DNA of 64,000 bases from Chrysomallon squamiferum (GCA_012295275.1 CM022679.1:27032001-27096000), one strand, 5' to 3'; numbered from the stretch's first letter, positions 13,223-35,340 are shown. Translations and numbers: made by a program. The notes: a model not told the origin generated them from the letters alone.

Positions 13223-15536
13223 CAATTTGTTTGTGTATGTTTGTACATGTATGAATGCTTTTATTCGGCTGTGTTAATATTTCAAAGAACACAGATTTAT
13301 CACAATATAGCCAGCATTTGATTTAAAATACCAAGTGAGTAACTGTCAGTAATTAAATTTTGATTTTTAGATTTTATGTAAAACAGATATTAAAGACAAT
13401 TAAACATACATTTATAAAACTCAAATTGTCTGCTAGTATTATAACTGCAATCTAACATTCATCCATTTGTCTTTCTCTCTCTCATTTACATTTTGTCATG
13501 TTGTCTGCAATATATCAAAAAATGCTTTACATTTACAAGTATGATACTTTTAAATACATCTTACATTTGTAACTAAAGTTTAGAAATTACAGAAGTACAC
13601 TAAGAAATGTATTACATGTATAAATGATATTTTCTCAAAATTACATTTGTTATTGAATTACAAAAACTATAAAATGAATTATATTTGTAACTTAATTGTA
13701 ATAACTGAAAAATGCAGAACATTATAATAACTGTAAAACTAATTACATTAATAACCTTCAAATGCAGTAACTAATGATAACATCTTTATAAATAAAAATT
13801 AGACAACAACAAAACTATTATTTGGAATAGAATTGTAATAACAACAAAATTTATTACATATTACATGATAATAATTGAAGTAACTGCAAAAATTGTAAAT
13901 ACATTGTTAAAAAAAAATTTGTTAAAAGTTTTAAAGAATTAAAGTTACAAGACAAAATCTGTATTTCTAAATGAAAAATACTATTATTACCACTTGTCAA
14001 AAAAAGTACAAAAAATAAAGAAATAATAAAAATTCAATAGTTTTAAAGATTCAGAGATCAATGCAAAATATGGCCACAGAATTAATTAACATGATTAAAA
14101 GCAAAATATTACTTCTGAAACAGCAGTTGCATAACATACACACACACACACACACACACATAAAAGTTAAAAATATTTACCCATTTTATTGAGAAATTTG
14201 CCATTTCACACATACACACACACCAGTTTTATTTAACAGATGAATGAACTTATTTGAATGAAGCTGAAAGGAGAGTAACCTGAAATTAAAACAAAACACA
14301 GGGAAACTTAGTTGCTGTAGATGAAATTCTGAGAGTGGGGCTTGAGGGTGAATACACTGATATAGTTCAAGAAGCACCGATGTAAACCATTTAAAAAATT
14401 TATAATATATTTACAGTATCAAAAAGGTTTTTGAAAAAATAAAAAATAAAAAAATAAAAAATTCTTTTTAATTTTTTTTTTTTCAAAGTTATAGGATAAA
14501 TAAAATAAACAAATCAAAGTTGTCATTAAATTTTATTTTATTGGAAATTTTATTTACAATAAATTTGGCTTTTTAAAAAATTTTAAATTTAATTTACTTA
14601 GTTTAATTTTTAATTCATTTTATTTACATAAAACATTAACAGGTGGGAGTGGGTATGGACTAGACTTCCTTGCTAGAGTAAAAATATATATATATATTTT
14701 CTACAAAATTAATGTTTCTGCCAGTGTAATTATGAATCAAGCAATTTTACATTTGTTTTAATTTCTGTGTCAGTGTTTATGTGTGTGTCTGCAGACAGAA
14801 CAGCAACAGACAGAAATATTCACAAAACAAACTAACAACATATATTTACTTCTTCAAGCAAATTATATAAAATCCAGAATGTTTTTAGTGTGATATGTTT
14901 GGCTGACAGGAACAAATATATATATATATATATATAAAATTAATTTAAAAAAAAACAATACGACAACAGATGAACACACATCATAAGATCACTGAACTAT
15001 TATTTGATTAAATGCCAAAAATGTTCCATACTCATAATTTAAAAAACCAATTCTATTGCTGTAGTTTTTAAAAAGAACAAAAAGTTATGCTATTAATTTA
15101 AAAAAAGAAAAGAAGTAATGCTGTTAATTTAAAAAATTTAAAATTACAATTCACAACCTTGCTAACCAAAATGGAACAAATTGATTAACTAACAAGGAAG
15201 ATAATATTTTGCATATTATTTTTTTTTAGCTGCCATTTGTTTTTCTGTTATATTTCAAATTTAAACAAAACTATAAAAATAAATTACATGTATTTTAATA
15301 AACTGAAAGAAAAAACATGTTATCAGTTTGCAGTAACAGCCATATTAGATTGCTTTCAGAAAAATACAGTTTTTTTTTTTTTTTTTTTTTTCTCTCTATA
15401 GTTTTTTAATTTATATTTTATTTATTTACTTGTCTACTTATTTACTTAATTACTTATTTTTGTTGTTGTTGTTATTATTGCTAATACCACAATCATTATT
15501 CTTCTTCTTATTATTATTTTTATACATTTTTTTCAA

Positions 15537-15710
15537 TTTCCATGTTTGCTTTTGTTGTAACTTATTAATAGGTCATTTCAGTATTTAAAAGTTGCTAAAT
15601 ATGTAAATTATGAACAGATTATATGAAAAGAAAAAGAAAAATGAAGAAACAAAATGGGTCTGTATCATTTTAAAGCTTAGATTTTTCTAAATGTGAATAT
15701 TCCATATAAA
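15537..15710. repeat. ~175-bp dispersed repeat, copy 1
   Basis: Highly similar to 20162-20345, in the same orientation. Confidence 0.85.
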
Positions 15711-16332
15711 AAAAAATAAAATAAAAAAATAAACAATTAAAAAAAATAATAATAAACAATAAAAAAATATATATATTTTTGAGTGAATTAAAATCTTGAA
15801 GGAGTAATTAACATTTTAAAATTCATTTTGAACCTGCAATAATTAGTACAGATAAATACATGCAATACTAAAAAAAAAAAAAAACTATTTGAAATGCACC
15901 TTAAAAACATGTTATTATTATTATTATTATTTTAAATAAGAAAAAGAAACAAAAAGGGATACAGTTCATAAATTAAGTATAAATGCTGCAGTTGCATAGT
16001 ATGTATAAAACTGAAAATACCCCTCCAGATTTATCAAGTTGATTTTTTTACATATCCCAAACATTCTCATAATTATTAAACATAATATTAAGAATCCAGA
16101 ACACATATATAAAATAGATATTGATGAATCATGTAACAAGACACAATAAACAGAACACGTGCAATACATAACGAATGCATTATTTTCATCATGCATAACA
16201 TATACAACATCTGTAAAACATCTTTTCAGTGTATGTTTTATAAAAATATAGTAGCACATAACATATACAGATGTTTATAAAAAAAAATGTTGCACATCAC
16301 ACACAAACACATAGATTATAATACAAACATAA

Positions 16333-16400
16333 AATCTCACAAATGTTATGTTAAATGTGAAGAAATATTTCTTCATGTTTAATGTAACATTTGTGAGATT
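16333..16400. repeat. 68-nt near-perfect palindrome/hairpin
   Basis: aatctcacaaatgtta...taacatttgtgagatt; 34-bp arms with only 4 non-Watson-Crick pairs. Confidence 0.9.
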
Positions 16401-17896
16401 GGCTATAACATATTAGTCAGGTTTGTGCATGTGTGTGTGTGTGTGTGTGCGTGTGCAGTTGTGTGCACACACAGATACATGAAAAGATTCACTGTTACAA
16501 ACTCTTTTTAAATGTAATTATATGTGTAAGTCTTTGAATACATTGCTACATCCTGTAGATATTTTTGTCAGAAGGACGAACCCAAGCTGGTGAAAAAAAC
16601 TGTTTTAAATTATTTTCCTTTCTGCATCTGTAATTCAACATCCTCAATTACTACAGGGTCAAAGTATTAGTGAGAGAGCAGATTATCCAATGAGGTGTTA
16701 GTTTACAAATGCAGTTGCTGATTATCCAATCATAATTGTAGTTAGAATGAAGGAAAATAATGTAAGGTTATAAAAAGAAAAAACAGCCAATCAATAACCT
16801 TGTTACATAAACAAGTTTTGATTGGCTGCTAATTTGTTTCACTTCTGCTTCAAAGAATTTTTATTTTTTTTAATAAATAAAAACAAAAAATCGTAAATTA
16901 TTATAATTTTTTGTTTGTTTTTTAAATAGATAATAATGGAAAAAAAAATAAAAGATACAATTTTATTAAATTTTTGGTATTATTATGTTTAAAATATACC
17001 ACAGAAACAATGTAATTGGTCTTGTATATAATTATTTTTTTATTATTATTATTATTTTTATAATTGATTACAAAATACAGATTATTACTTTGTCATGTAC
17101 GTAAGTGACAAACTGTTAGTTATAAAATATGTAAAAAAAATAGTTAGTCACAATTTACATTTGTATCACAATTCACTATGAACCATCAAACCATTTTTTT
17201 CCAACAAACAAAAACATAGAAAAATATAATACAAATATTTTAAAAACAATAAACATTTTTTTTACATAGTTGTTATAAAATTCCCATTCACAACAATCAT
17301 AGGTTTGAATCAGTATTTGTAAATTTATGTATCTATAGAAATTTTTTTTTTCATTTTGTTTTTAAAACTTTATTCCATCTTGGGACTGGACATTTTGTGA
17401 CATGAATAATTTATGATAACATAATCTAGACAACTGTTTCATTCTATTAAATTATAAGTAGTTTTTATTATTATTTTATTATTATTACTACTATCTGAAA
17501 TTCCAGTCTGATGGGGAAAAAAAAATCACATCTTTTTGACCATTAGTAATACATTTATCTCCCTTACATCTCAGTTTTCAGATTTCTAATAATATTTTCC
17601 AATTGTTAGTATTATTTTTATTTCGTAACATAAAAATTATAATAACCACTTGAAAATATTATAATAAAATTTAAAAGAAAATATATCTTACTACATCAAT
17701 AGTTGGATATATATAAAAAAAACTAAAAAAAAAAACAAACCATTTTCTTGCATTTTGCATAGAAAAATATCACAAACTGACATAAGTAATACTTTCCAAA
17801 TGTTACTATTTTTTTTGAGTGGTAAACATCAGGCAGGTTGCAAGGCATTATCTCCATGTTGCAGTGTTAGCAGCTCGGTTTGGCACTTTCTCCATG

Positions 17897-25454
<7,558 letters not shown>

Positions 25455-25676
25455 TCACGGCATCACATCTGATAATTTAAAAAAAAAAAAAAAAAAAAAA
25501 TTATCTGATTAATTTTTTATGTGATGATCTTTGATGTATTTCATGACAGACCTGCTCCAACTCATTTCTATTAGAGGCAATTTATGAGATGTAATTAATT
25601 ATTTATGATGACTCAAGTATTTGTGTTGACTGTACGCCTCTGAATGGTACACATTAATTAAACTGCACTACACTTA

Positions 25677-25707
<31 letters not shown>

Positions 25708-26708
25708 TTGTGTGTTAGTATGTATGTGTGTGTGCAGTGTGTACATATGTAGCTGTATATGTATATGGTGTAAAAAATTGCTGGAAGAATAAAAAAAAAA
25801 AAAAAGTAAGTGCAAGTGAACAATGCAGTTGTATTCCTGAATCTTTTCATCCAAAAATGTAAAATGGAAAGTAAAACAAATTAAATAAATAAATAACACA
25901 TTTGTTATTGTTTTATTTAAGACTACAATTATAACAATGTCTATGATGTTTAAATACGTCAAAATTAATTTACGCCCTCTAATTAGACAAAATCAGTCAT
26001 TTAAACTGACCACACCTAATGTAAAACCTATTTGTGTCAGATCTGATGAAGTAGGGGAGTTTCAATTAGTGAAAAATAAAAATAAAATAAAATAAATAAA
26101 TAAACTGTTAGTACTGATAATTAATAAGAAGTCATTGGAAGCATAGACCTGGATGTGTTACTTTATTTTTTTTTTTATTTAATATTAACAAAGGTTAGTG
26201 TTTACTTCTAAAAAAAAAATTATAAAAAAATTATAAAAGAAAATAATTTAAAAAATACATATAAAATATATAGAAACATTTAAAATACTTTTAACCTAAT
26301 TTCCTTACCAACCCAGATTAACAATAAAACCCCACCTATACTTTGTAATTATTTAAACTACCATGAAATTATTTATATTGTCAACAACAAATAAAAACAT
26401 AAATAAAAATAAAAATAAAAAAATAAAAAAATAAATTAAAACATATATATTAAAAAAATAATAACAATAATGATAAAAATAATAATTTTAAAAATTATAA
26501 TAAACACAGTAACAAATTAGAATAGTGATTAAATAACTATAAGTTCAAATCAGAGATTTCTACAGAAGTCTTGATTCTGTAAAAAACAACCAACTGCAAA
26601 AAACCAAAAACAACAGAAAAGACATTTCTATAAATTTAACTATTTAACAACCCTCTTTCCCATGTTTTAGTCTTGTCCTACATTAGGTTTATTATACCTG
26701 ACTTATTA

Positions 26709-26744
<36 letters not shown>

Positions 26745-26977
26745 CCAAGGCTTATTTCATATAGGCCATCTATGATGCACATAATGGACCATATTTAAAT
26801 GATTCATAATAGATGAATATTAAATTTTTACAGTATTATATACCAGTAATACAATTAGATTTTAAACCTGTATTCAAAATACAAAGTTGTTGTGTGTTAA
26901 ACATGAATGATATTTGTGAACAAGTATGTACGTGTGTGTGTGTGTGTGTGTGTTGTATATGTATTTATTCATGTGTA

Positions 26978-27020
<43 letters not shown>

Positions 27021-27199
27021 CAGTGTACCTGCTATTGAGTTACAGAAATATATGCTACACATCATCTACTAGACAGGTATGGAGTTAACTAAATATACTG
27101 AATCTCCACTCTATTATTTCTACATCAACAGCAAAGACAAACACACCACTACCACACCAACAACACTAACACTGTAACAGGCATTAAACTGTAATTACA

Positions 27200-27560
27200 T
27201 TTTAATCTTCGGTATGCTACACATAACTACGTCTTAATCCACACACACAACGCTACAGATAATTATATTTTAATCTGCATCAAACTAACCGTACCCGAAA
27301 ACCGAAGATAAACACAATTTAATCAGTACTCAACCATAGAGATAACCAGCAACAAGAAACTTGTATCTGCTGGGCCTGGCAGTGTTATTTGATCACTGTG
27401 TCTGTGTGTCTACATCTCTGTGCGTGTTTACCTGAGAGATAAACACAACACCTCGCGTTGACAAGCAGACTGTCACATCTGTCAGCAGACAGTAAGCTGC
27501 TGCTTTTTCCCAATCCGACACAATATTATTTGTTGTTCTTCGGTTACTCCTGTTTTTATG
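27200..27560 (-). promoter_or_regulatory. Possible promoter or non-coding first exon of SH2D4
   Basis: Local rise in CpG and GC content, with - strand donor-like sites (~27290, ~27432). The ATG exon has an acceptor at 25469, so an upstream non-coding exon is expected. Confidence 0.35.
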
Positions 27561-27699
27561 TGAAGTGAATGCTGTGTCACAGCTGAATTAAGGCTGTAAC
27601 TGATATAGAGGCACTTATAATTGCGTGATGCATGTGCTGATGCTCCTGCTGATTTTACCATGATATTAAAGCCTATAGCTGTGACATTAAGGCTGTTAC

Positions 27700-29070
27700 T
27701 GCAGTATTAAAACTGTCACTGTGTTATTACAACAAACAGAACAGTATTAAGGCTGTTACTGTAGTTTGAAGCATGTTACTATGGTAACAAGGCTCTTACT
27801 GTGTTATTACAACAAACAGAACAGTATTAAGGCTCTTACTGTAGTATTAAGCATGTTACTATGGTAACAAGGCTCTTACTGTGTTATTACAACAAACAGA
27901 ACAGTATTAAGGCTGTTACTTTGAATTTAGCAATATTACAATGGTAACTGGGTTCTTACTGTGTTATTACAACAAACAAAACAGTATTAAGGCTCTTACT
28001 GTAGTATTAAGCATGTTACTATGGTAACAAGGCTCTTACTGTGTTATTACAACAAACAGAACAGTATTAAGGCTGTTACTGTAGTATTAAGCATTTTACT
28101 ATGGTAACAAGGCTCTTACTGTGTTATTACAACAAACAGAACAGACTTAAGGCTGTTACTGTTGTATTTAGCATATTACTATGGTAATAAGGCTCTTACT
28201 GTGTTATTACAACAAACAGAACAGAATTAAGGCTGTTACTGTTGTATTTAGCATATTACTATGGTAACAAGGCTCTTACTGTGTTATTACAACAAACAGA
28301 ACAGTATTAAGGCTCTTACTGTAGTATTAAGCATTTTACTATGGTAACAAGGCTCTTACTGTGTTATTACAACAAACAGAACAGAATTAAGGCTGTTACT
28401 GTTATATTTAAGCATGTTACTATGGTAATAAGGCTGTTACTGTGTTATTACAACAAACAGAACAGCTGTATTATGCATATTACTATGGTAATAAGACTGT
28501 TACTATGGTTTCAAGGTCATCAGAGTCATATTACTATGGTAACAAGGCTCTTACTGTGTTATTGCAACAAACAGAACAGTATTAAGGCTCTTACTGTAGT
28601 ATTAAGCATTTTACTATGGTAATAAGGCTCTTACTGTGTTATTACAACAAACAGAACAGTATTAAGGCTCTTACTGTAGTATTAAGCATTTTACTATGGT
28701 AATAAGGCTCTTACTGTGTTATTACAACAAACAGAACAGAATTAAGGCTGTTACTGTTGTATTTAGCATATTACTATGGTAATAAGGCTCTTACTGTGTT
28801 ATTACAACAAACAGAACAGAATTAAGGCTGTTACTGTTGAATTTAGCATATCACTATGGTAACAAGGCTCTTACTGTGTTATTACAACTAACAGAACAGT
28901 ATTAAGGCTGTTACTGTTATATTAAGCATGTTACTATGGTAATAAGGCTGTTACTGTTATTACAACAAACAGAACAGCTGTATTATGCATATTACTATGG
29001 TAATAAGACTGTTACTATGGTTTCAAGGTCATCAGAGTCATATTAGGCTGCTACTATGGTATTAAAACGT
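27700..29070. repeat. 80-bp higher-order tandem repeat (4 x 20-bp monomers, about 16 units)
   Basis: Unit gtgttattacaacaaacaga/acagtattaaggctgttact/gtagtattaagcatgttact/atggtaacaaggctcttact. The segment ~28361-28531 is re-duplicated at ~28876-29043. Confidence 0.95.
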
Positions 29071-30147
29071 GTTACTAAGATATTACATCTTTTATTGTTG
29101 TATTAGAGTTATTAATGAAGGCCTTGTAATTTTATACAGGTTCACTTACTCATCATGGTATTCAATGTTATGCTCTGGGACTGATATTAGTTCTATAAAA
29201 CTATTAATACTTACTGTATGTTAAGACAGAAACCAATACAAAAACATTTATAAACTGATGATCATGTTGCTGCTGTTAATGTGTTATTAGAGCTCCTTTT
29301 CTTACTAAGATTCTTATTCTAGTACTAATGCTAGTTGAATGATATTCAGATATTACTGACATTAAGGTTATTACTATACTATTTAGATTATTACTTTGGT
29401 ATTGCTAAGGATTTTGCTATGGTGTTAAAGCTGTAGCAATGTGATTTTTATGTCCTTTCACCAGTGCTAAAACATTTCTACATCTTCTATGAAGACTGTG
29501 TTAATGTGGGATATTAGTTCTATGATGCTGCTGCATTAAGGATGGGTTAATCATAACTATGCTCTGTTACTGTGATATCATGGTTATTTTCCATTAATAC
29601 CGATTTCTTCATACCTAATATCATGTAAAATCTGTGCTACTCCAATATGAAGAGTAATTTCCTAGCATTAAACAGCCCACAAATACAAATTTCCAAAACC
29701 ATTTCCAAGCAAAGTCAATCATAACAAAGTGGGATTTTTTTGTTTTTAGCAATTTTCAGACATATAGTCAGAGTTAAAATTTTTGCCTTGACTAAGAAGC
29801 TGCATGGTATAGAGATAGGATTACCAGTAATAATTAAAAAAAATTTGAAAAAAAGTTTATGTAAGGCAGATTGTCAGAAATATGAATACAGAAGTCCTGC
29901 TTCACAAAAAGTTGTTGTGTTCCTTTCTTCTTACCCGGTTAATAACCCATACCTTTAAAATGGCCCAAACCCTACTCGTTGTGTGTTGTTAGTATGAATT
30001 ATCAGCTGGTATGAATTATCAGTTTTATTATTTCACAATTTATGACCTCAATTTCAAGTTTTTTGTTTATTTTCACAGTCTTCCTGAAACTATTAGATTT
30101 AGTCAAATCAGACAGAGATTTCCTTTTTTTTGTAAGCAGATTCTGCC

Positions 30148-30265
30148 AGTTCATCAGCAGGTGAAGACAGTGATCTAATATAAATTTTCTAATCATGCTC
30201 ACTTTGTCTAATTCAATACACTGAGTACATTGAGATGTTTGCTCCTCTATTCATCACTCTGAACT
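30148..30265 (-). ncRNA. Candidate box C/D snoRNA (orphan)
   Basis: 5'-AGTTCA-GA-GTGATGA...CTGA-TGAACT-3': exact C and D boxes with a 6-bp terminal stem in K-turn register. No target recognised. Confidence 0.3.
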
Positions 30266-32419
30266 CTAACCCTATAAAAATAAAAATAACCCTATTAAGC
30301 TGTTCAAATATTACACAAACCTATTTTTGTCAAAATTAAACACCCACCCACTCCCTTGTAATGCTAGACTGTACAACATGTATGATAACACTTGAAGATA
30401 GCTCTTCCAACACACAGACAAAGCAACATAGCAATGCTTATATCCATGTGTATGACAATGACATCATTAATGTGACATGCTGCTGTAAGATGGGAAAAAC
30501 ATCTCTGCAGGTTTTCACCTGCGCCATTATAACTGATCACTGTATAAATACAATCTTAAGTCTGCTGTATCAAAGTATTTCAGCTGAAACTGTAATTGTA
30601 ATTGTGTTTACATTTACCTGTAAAAATCAACATTAATGTATTTTTCAGCTACTTTTTTTTTTCCATATCAAAGGAGGTGGTTTATATAATGGGTACCTTT
30701 ATATATGATTTTCAATTTCAAATAATGTATAAGCCACTTCCATAATTAGGATGTGTTATTGTAGTTAGAAACTTGAACAACTGATTACCACTGCATTAAA
30801 TCATTAACTATGTATGCATGTTAATACAAAAAAAGTACAACAATGCAACGATGTACACTTATCAGTATTGTAATCATTTATTACTTTAATCAGTGTTAAT
30901 GTATGTGTCTGTGTGTGTGTGTGAGTGTGTATTTCTGTGTGTATTTATGCATGTATACACAGGATATATGTCTGTGTCTGTGTGTGTTTTTTGTTTAACA
31001 TTTCACAACTTACGTCTACTCAAATTACTCATAAATAATCCAAATTCTTTCTGAATGCATGAATACAATTATTCAAAGTGCAAGAAAGATGAGCTTGTGA
31101 TTCATTTATTTGGCAAAAAATGTTTACAGCCTGTGTGAACAGAAGAATCAAGGAAGATTCATTCCACAACATACCAACACATTACATTATCATCATTTGT
31201 TTAACTTTTATCAAACATTTTTTTTTTTTTTATTGTGTTTTGATGAAAAAGAACATTTACTGTCACATATCACAGACTTTACAGGTCTGATTACCATCAA
31301 GTTATCTTTTTTTTCTGTTTTTTAATTAATCAGTATTCCCAAATTCACTAACCTGTCATACAGAATTCACTGGAGCTTGTGTGTTTAGAATGGGAAATAA
31401 AGTAACTGATTGATATTATGTAACACAGCAAGCAATACAGTGAAGAAGACTGATCTTGAGATCTTGACAGATATCTGCTCTAACCAATGAGCTGCAGTCC
31501 AACCAGGAACAAATAATATTTAACAACAGATCAAGATGTGTGATATTTTTAAACTATAAATTTCATAAGTTGCGTCAGCAGTATTTATTGAAAATACAGG
31601 CTTAATGTAGAAAGGTTCTCTAGTTTCCCAGATTATAGCAAAAAAAAAAAATAATAATAATAATAAAAATAAAATACAAAACTGTAATAAAATGAGATGA
31701 TTGTGTTTTATATAAATTGATGAATTGAACCAGTAAATGTTTAGAAGCAACTTTAAAGTTTAAAAGCGTGAAGTGCACACTGTCACACTTGGCTGAATCT
31801 TAAAAACGTGATTATCAGTCAACTATGAAAGGTAAACACATATACATTTATAAAAAAAAAAAAAAAAAAATTAATGACAATAATTAAAAATAATAATAAT
31901 AATAATAAATATATATTAAACAATAAAAGAGAACTGTCTTGTGATTTCATTTCGGTTAATCAAATCTATCTAAACGTTTTATAATTGTCACTATCCAGGA
32001 AAAAAGTAATAAATTCACAAGTTACAGCATGATTGTGTCAAATTCTGATTTTAAAAAAGCATAAAGAAAATAATAAAAACATCTGAAAACAACACATGCA
32101 AACATATAATCACACAGAATAAAACATGACACTATACAAACAGAAATATGTCTAACAATTGTAACAAAACCAGTACCACAATAACAATACCTGATAGGTT
32201 TACCAGCTGCAAGAGGAGAAATGGAAATAGCAAAGGTTGTCTAACAAAACGTTAAAAAAAAACAAAAAAGAAAAAGTTATGTTATTTAACTGAGAACAAA
32301 CCACTTTTTGTGTCCTGTTGTTAAAATACCACTGCACACAAGGAAAAATGGATGAGTGAGTAAGTAGTTCAGATGACAGCGAAGAACTCTGTTACCTATA
32401 TATCTACCTGTGTAAGTAA

Positions 32420-33055
32420 ACTGACTTACATAACAGACCCATTGTGTGCACATGTGTTTCATATACTAGGACTAAAAATTTAAGTATAAGAACACTGACT
32501 TACATATTATGTCTGTCTGTCTGTCTGTCTGTCTATATTTCATGTGTGTTTTCTCTCTGTATTTAAATCCCTTTTGTATACGTTTCATATACTACAACCA
32601 AAAAGTTAAGTATAAAACACCGACTTGCATAATATTTCCGTCTCTTTGTATATATTATATTTCATGCATTTGTTGTATCTCTGTTTATTCCCTTTATGTA
32701 TATGTTTCATATATTAAGACTAAAAAGATAAGATTAAGAAAATATGTCCATCTTTATGTGTGTGAGTCTGTGTCTGCATTTATACCCATTTTGTGTACAT
32801 GTTGCATAAACTAAAAAAAAAATTTAAAGTTTAAATCACATGTTGATATATATATATATACATAATATTTTATACTTCCACTGTTTATTGTGCCTCTGTT
32901 TACACTGTTTTGTATGGTGAGACTAAAACATTAATTCTAAGAACACACAGATTTACATAATATATCTGTCTTATGTATATATTACATTTCATGTGTTTGT
33001 TGTCTAAATTTATCCATTTTTATGTTTCATATACTGAGACTGAACAGTTAAGCAC
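32420..33055. repeat. Degenerate ~120-bp tandem repeat
   Basis: Recurrent 'gtttcatatact..gactaaaa...aagaacac.gacttacata'. Confidence 0.55.
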
Positions 33056-33575
33056 TTCTAGCAGGAATATAAATAAAAGAAAATGCATGACTTCGCCAAT
33101 GAAACCATACTCTGTATTTGATTACTTCAAGTAGCAAAAGAAGTTCCAATATAAAATGCACTGTGTAAGTGTCATAACATTAACTGTAATATATTTATTA
33201 ATTCACCAGTAAAAAATGGCCAAACTTTTTTCTCACAGTATATTATATCACTGTTGCTTTATATGTCTCTCTCAACAATGAGATAGAATTTACCCATAAT
33301 ATCAGTGAGGACCCAGATCTTTTCAAAATCTATGGACACAATACAAAAGTCAGAGGCAAGGAAAATGTGCACAAAGAAAGCAAATGTTATTAAATTCAGC
33401 ATAATTAAGGAAGACCTGAGAAAGGATTTTTCAATAAACTAGAAATTTAAATAAATGTTTTAACTATCATCTAACGTATTAAATAGCCAATCACTTGGTT
33501 ACAAAAGCAAGCAGGCTGAAAATCATTAAACTGTAACTCTAGAAAGTTCAATGCATGTGTCTCTGTATTCTCTGT

Positions 33576-33670
<95 letters not shown>

Positions 33671-33879
33671 TTAGTTACTATGTACATTTAACTGATAATG
33701 CTCAGTAAAGACTAAGAATAGTTTTACAGGGTAATATTGCTAAGAAGAAAGTAGCTTTTTCTTCCTGCTTACACAGGACTCCCACCTGCTATACACACAT
33801 ACACAAAATTATCAGTTTAAAAAGGATTTAAACTGTATTTTATCTTATTCATGAATACAAAATGGATTAACCTATACTT

Positions 33880-33917
<38 letters not shown>

Positions 33918-33934
33918 AAATGTATGTGTATGTA

Positions 33935-33988
<54 letters not shown>

Positions 33989-33997
33989 TACATTTAT

Positions 33998-34053
<56 letters not shown>

Positions 34054-34749
34054 CGTATACAGTACATCAGTAACAATTACCAAGCATTCAAATGGAATGT
34101 AACAGAAAAAATGAAAAAAATATAAAACAATAATAAATAAATAAATAAAAAATTTAAATAAATAAATTATTAACATCATCAATTAATTAATTAATTAATT
34201 AATTAATAATAATAATAATAATAATAAAACTTGATACTAGTTAATAGTTTTGTAAGTAATACGTAGAAAACATTTAAATAAATTTAATAATGTAAATTAC
34301 ATTTACTAACAGTTGATGCTATGTCATATTAAGGAATTCCTTGAAACATATTTATAGATTACAACAATTAAAAAACATAAATTATATTTTATAACATTAT
34401 GTGTTATTTTGAAAAATTCATTTAAAAAAATCATATTAAAATAATTTTATATCATATTTAGAAAGCAGGTAAAATACATTTTGTTGTTATTTTACTTTTA
34501 AACTGAAAATCCTTAGTAAAGATTTAAAACAATAATATTACATAAAAAAAAATAGCACAGAATACATTATAACATTTTAGAAAAACAAAAAATACAATTT
34601 TGAAACATAAAAATAATACTTAAATTAAATTTTATATCTGAAATATCTGAAATATATTTTATAAAATTATGTAATAATACAAAAAAAACACCTACATATT
34701 AAATGATTATACTGATACACTTTTCAGAATATTATATACACTATTTAAT

Positions 34750-35340
34750 TTAGAATCAATTTATTTAAATTATCCACAATTACAGCTTATCAAACTAAAA
34801 GTATGTATGTGAAGTTTTACATAAAATATTTAATATATAATGAGTTTACATTTTCTACAAGTCAAGCATACCAAACCTACATTACATACATTCATCTGTC
34901 TGTCTGTATGTTTTATAAATGTGTAATATTTAAATTATCTGCAATTTTAGAATATTAGTCTTACATCGTATATGTATGCCTGTCTGTAACAGTGTTTTAT
35001 AAATATGCAATATTATGTGAAATATTTAATTTACAATCAGTTTATTCAAATGATCTGCAATTTTAGTGTATCAGACTTACATTACATATATACATACATC
35101 TGTCTGCCTCTATGTTTGTTTAAAAAAATGTATAATATTATGTAAAATATTTAATTTATAATCAAATCAAATTATCATCAATTACAGCATATCAATCTTA
35201 CATTATATTGATAGGTATGTCTCAGTGTTTTTTTAAAAATATGTTACATGAAATATTTAATTTATAATCAGTTTATTTAAATTAACGTCAATTCTAGCAT
35301 TTCAGACTTAAATTACATACATGCTCCTGTCTGTGTATTT
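34750..35340. repeat. Degenerate ~120-bp tandem repeat
   Basis: Recurrent 'aaatatttaatttataatcagtttatt.aaatta.c.gcaatt...cagacttacattacata'. Confidence 0.55.

Noticed and set aside
25521-25643. C/D-box-like motifs GTGATGA...CTGA on the + strand
   Set aside because: Antisense to the host gene and no convincing terminal stem.
28341-28622. 93-aa ORF with repeated LLLCYYNKQN
   Set aside because: Translation of the 80-bp satellite.
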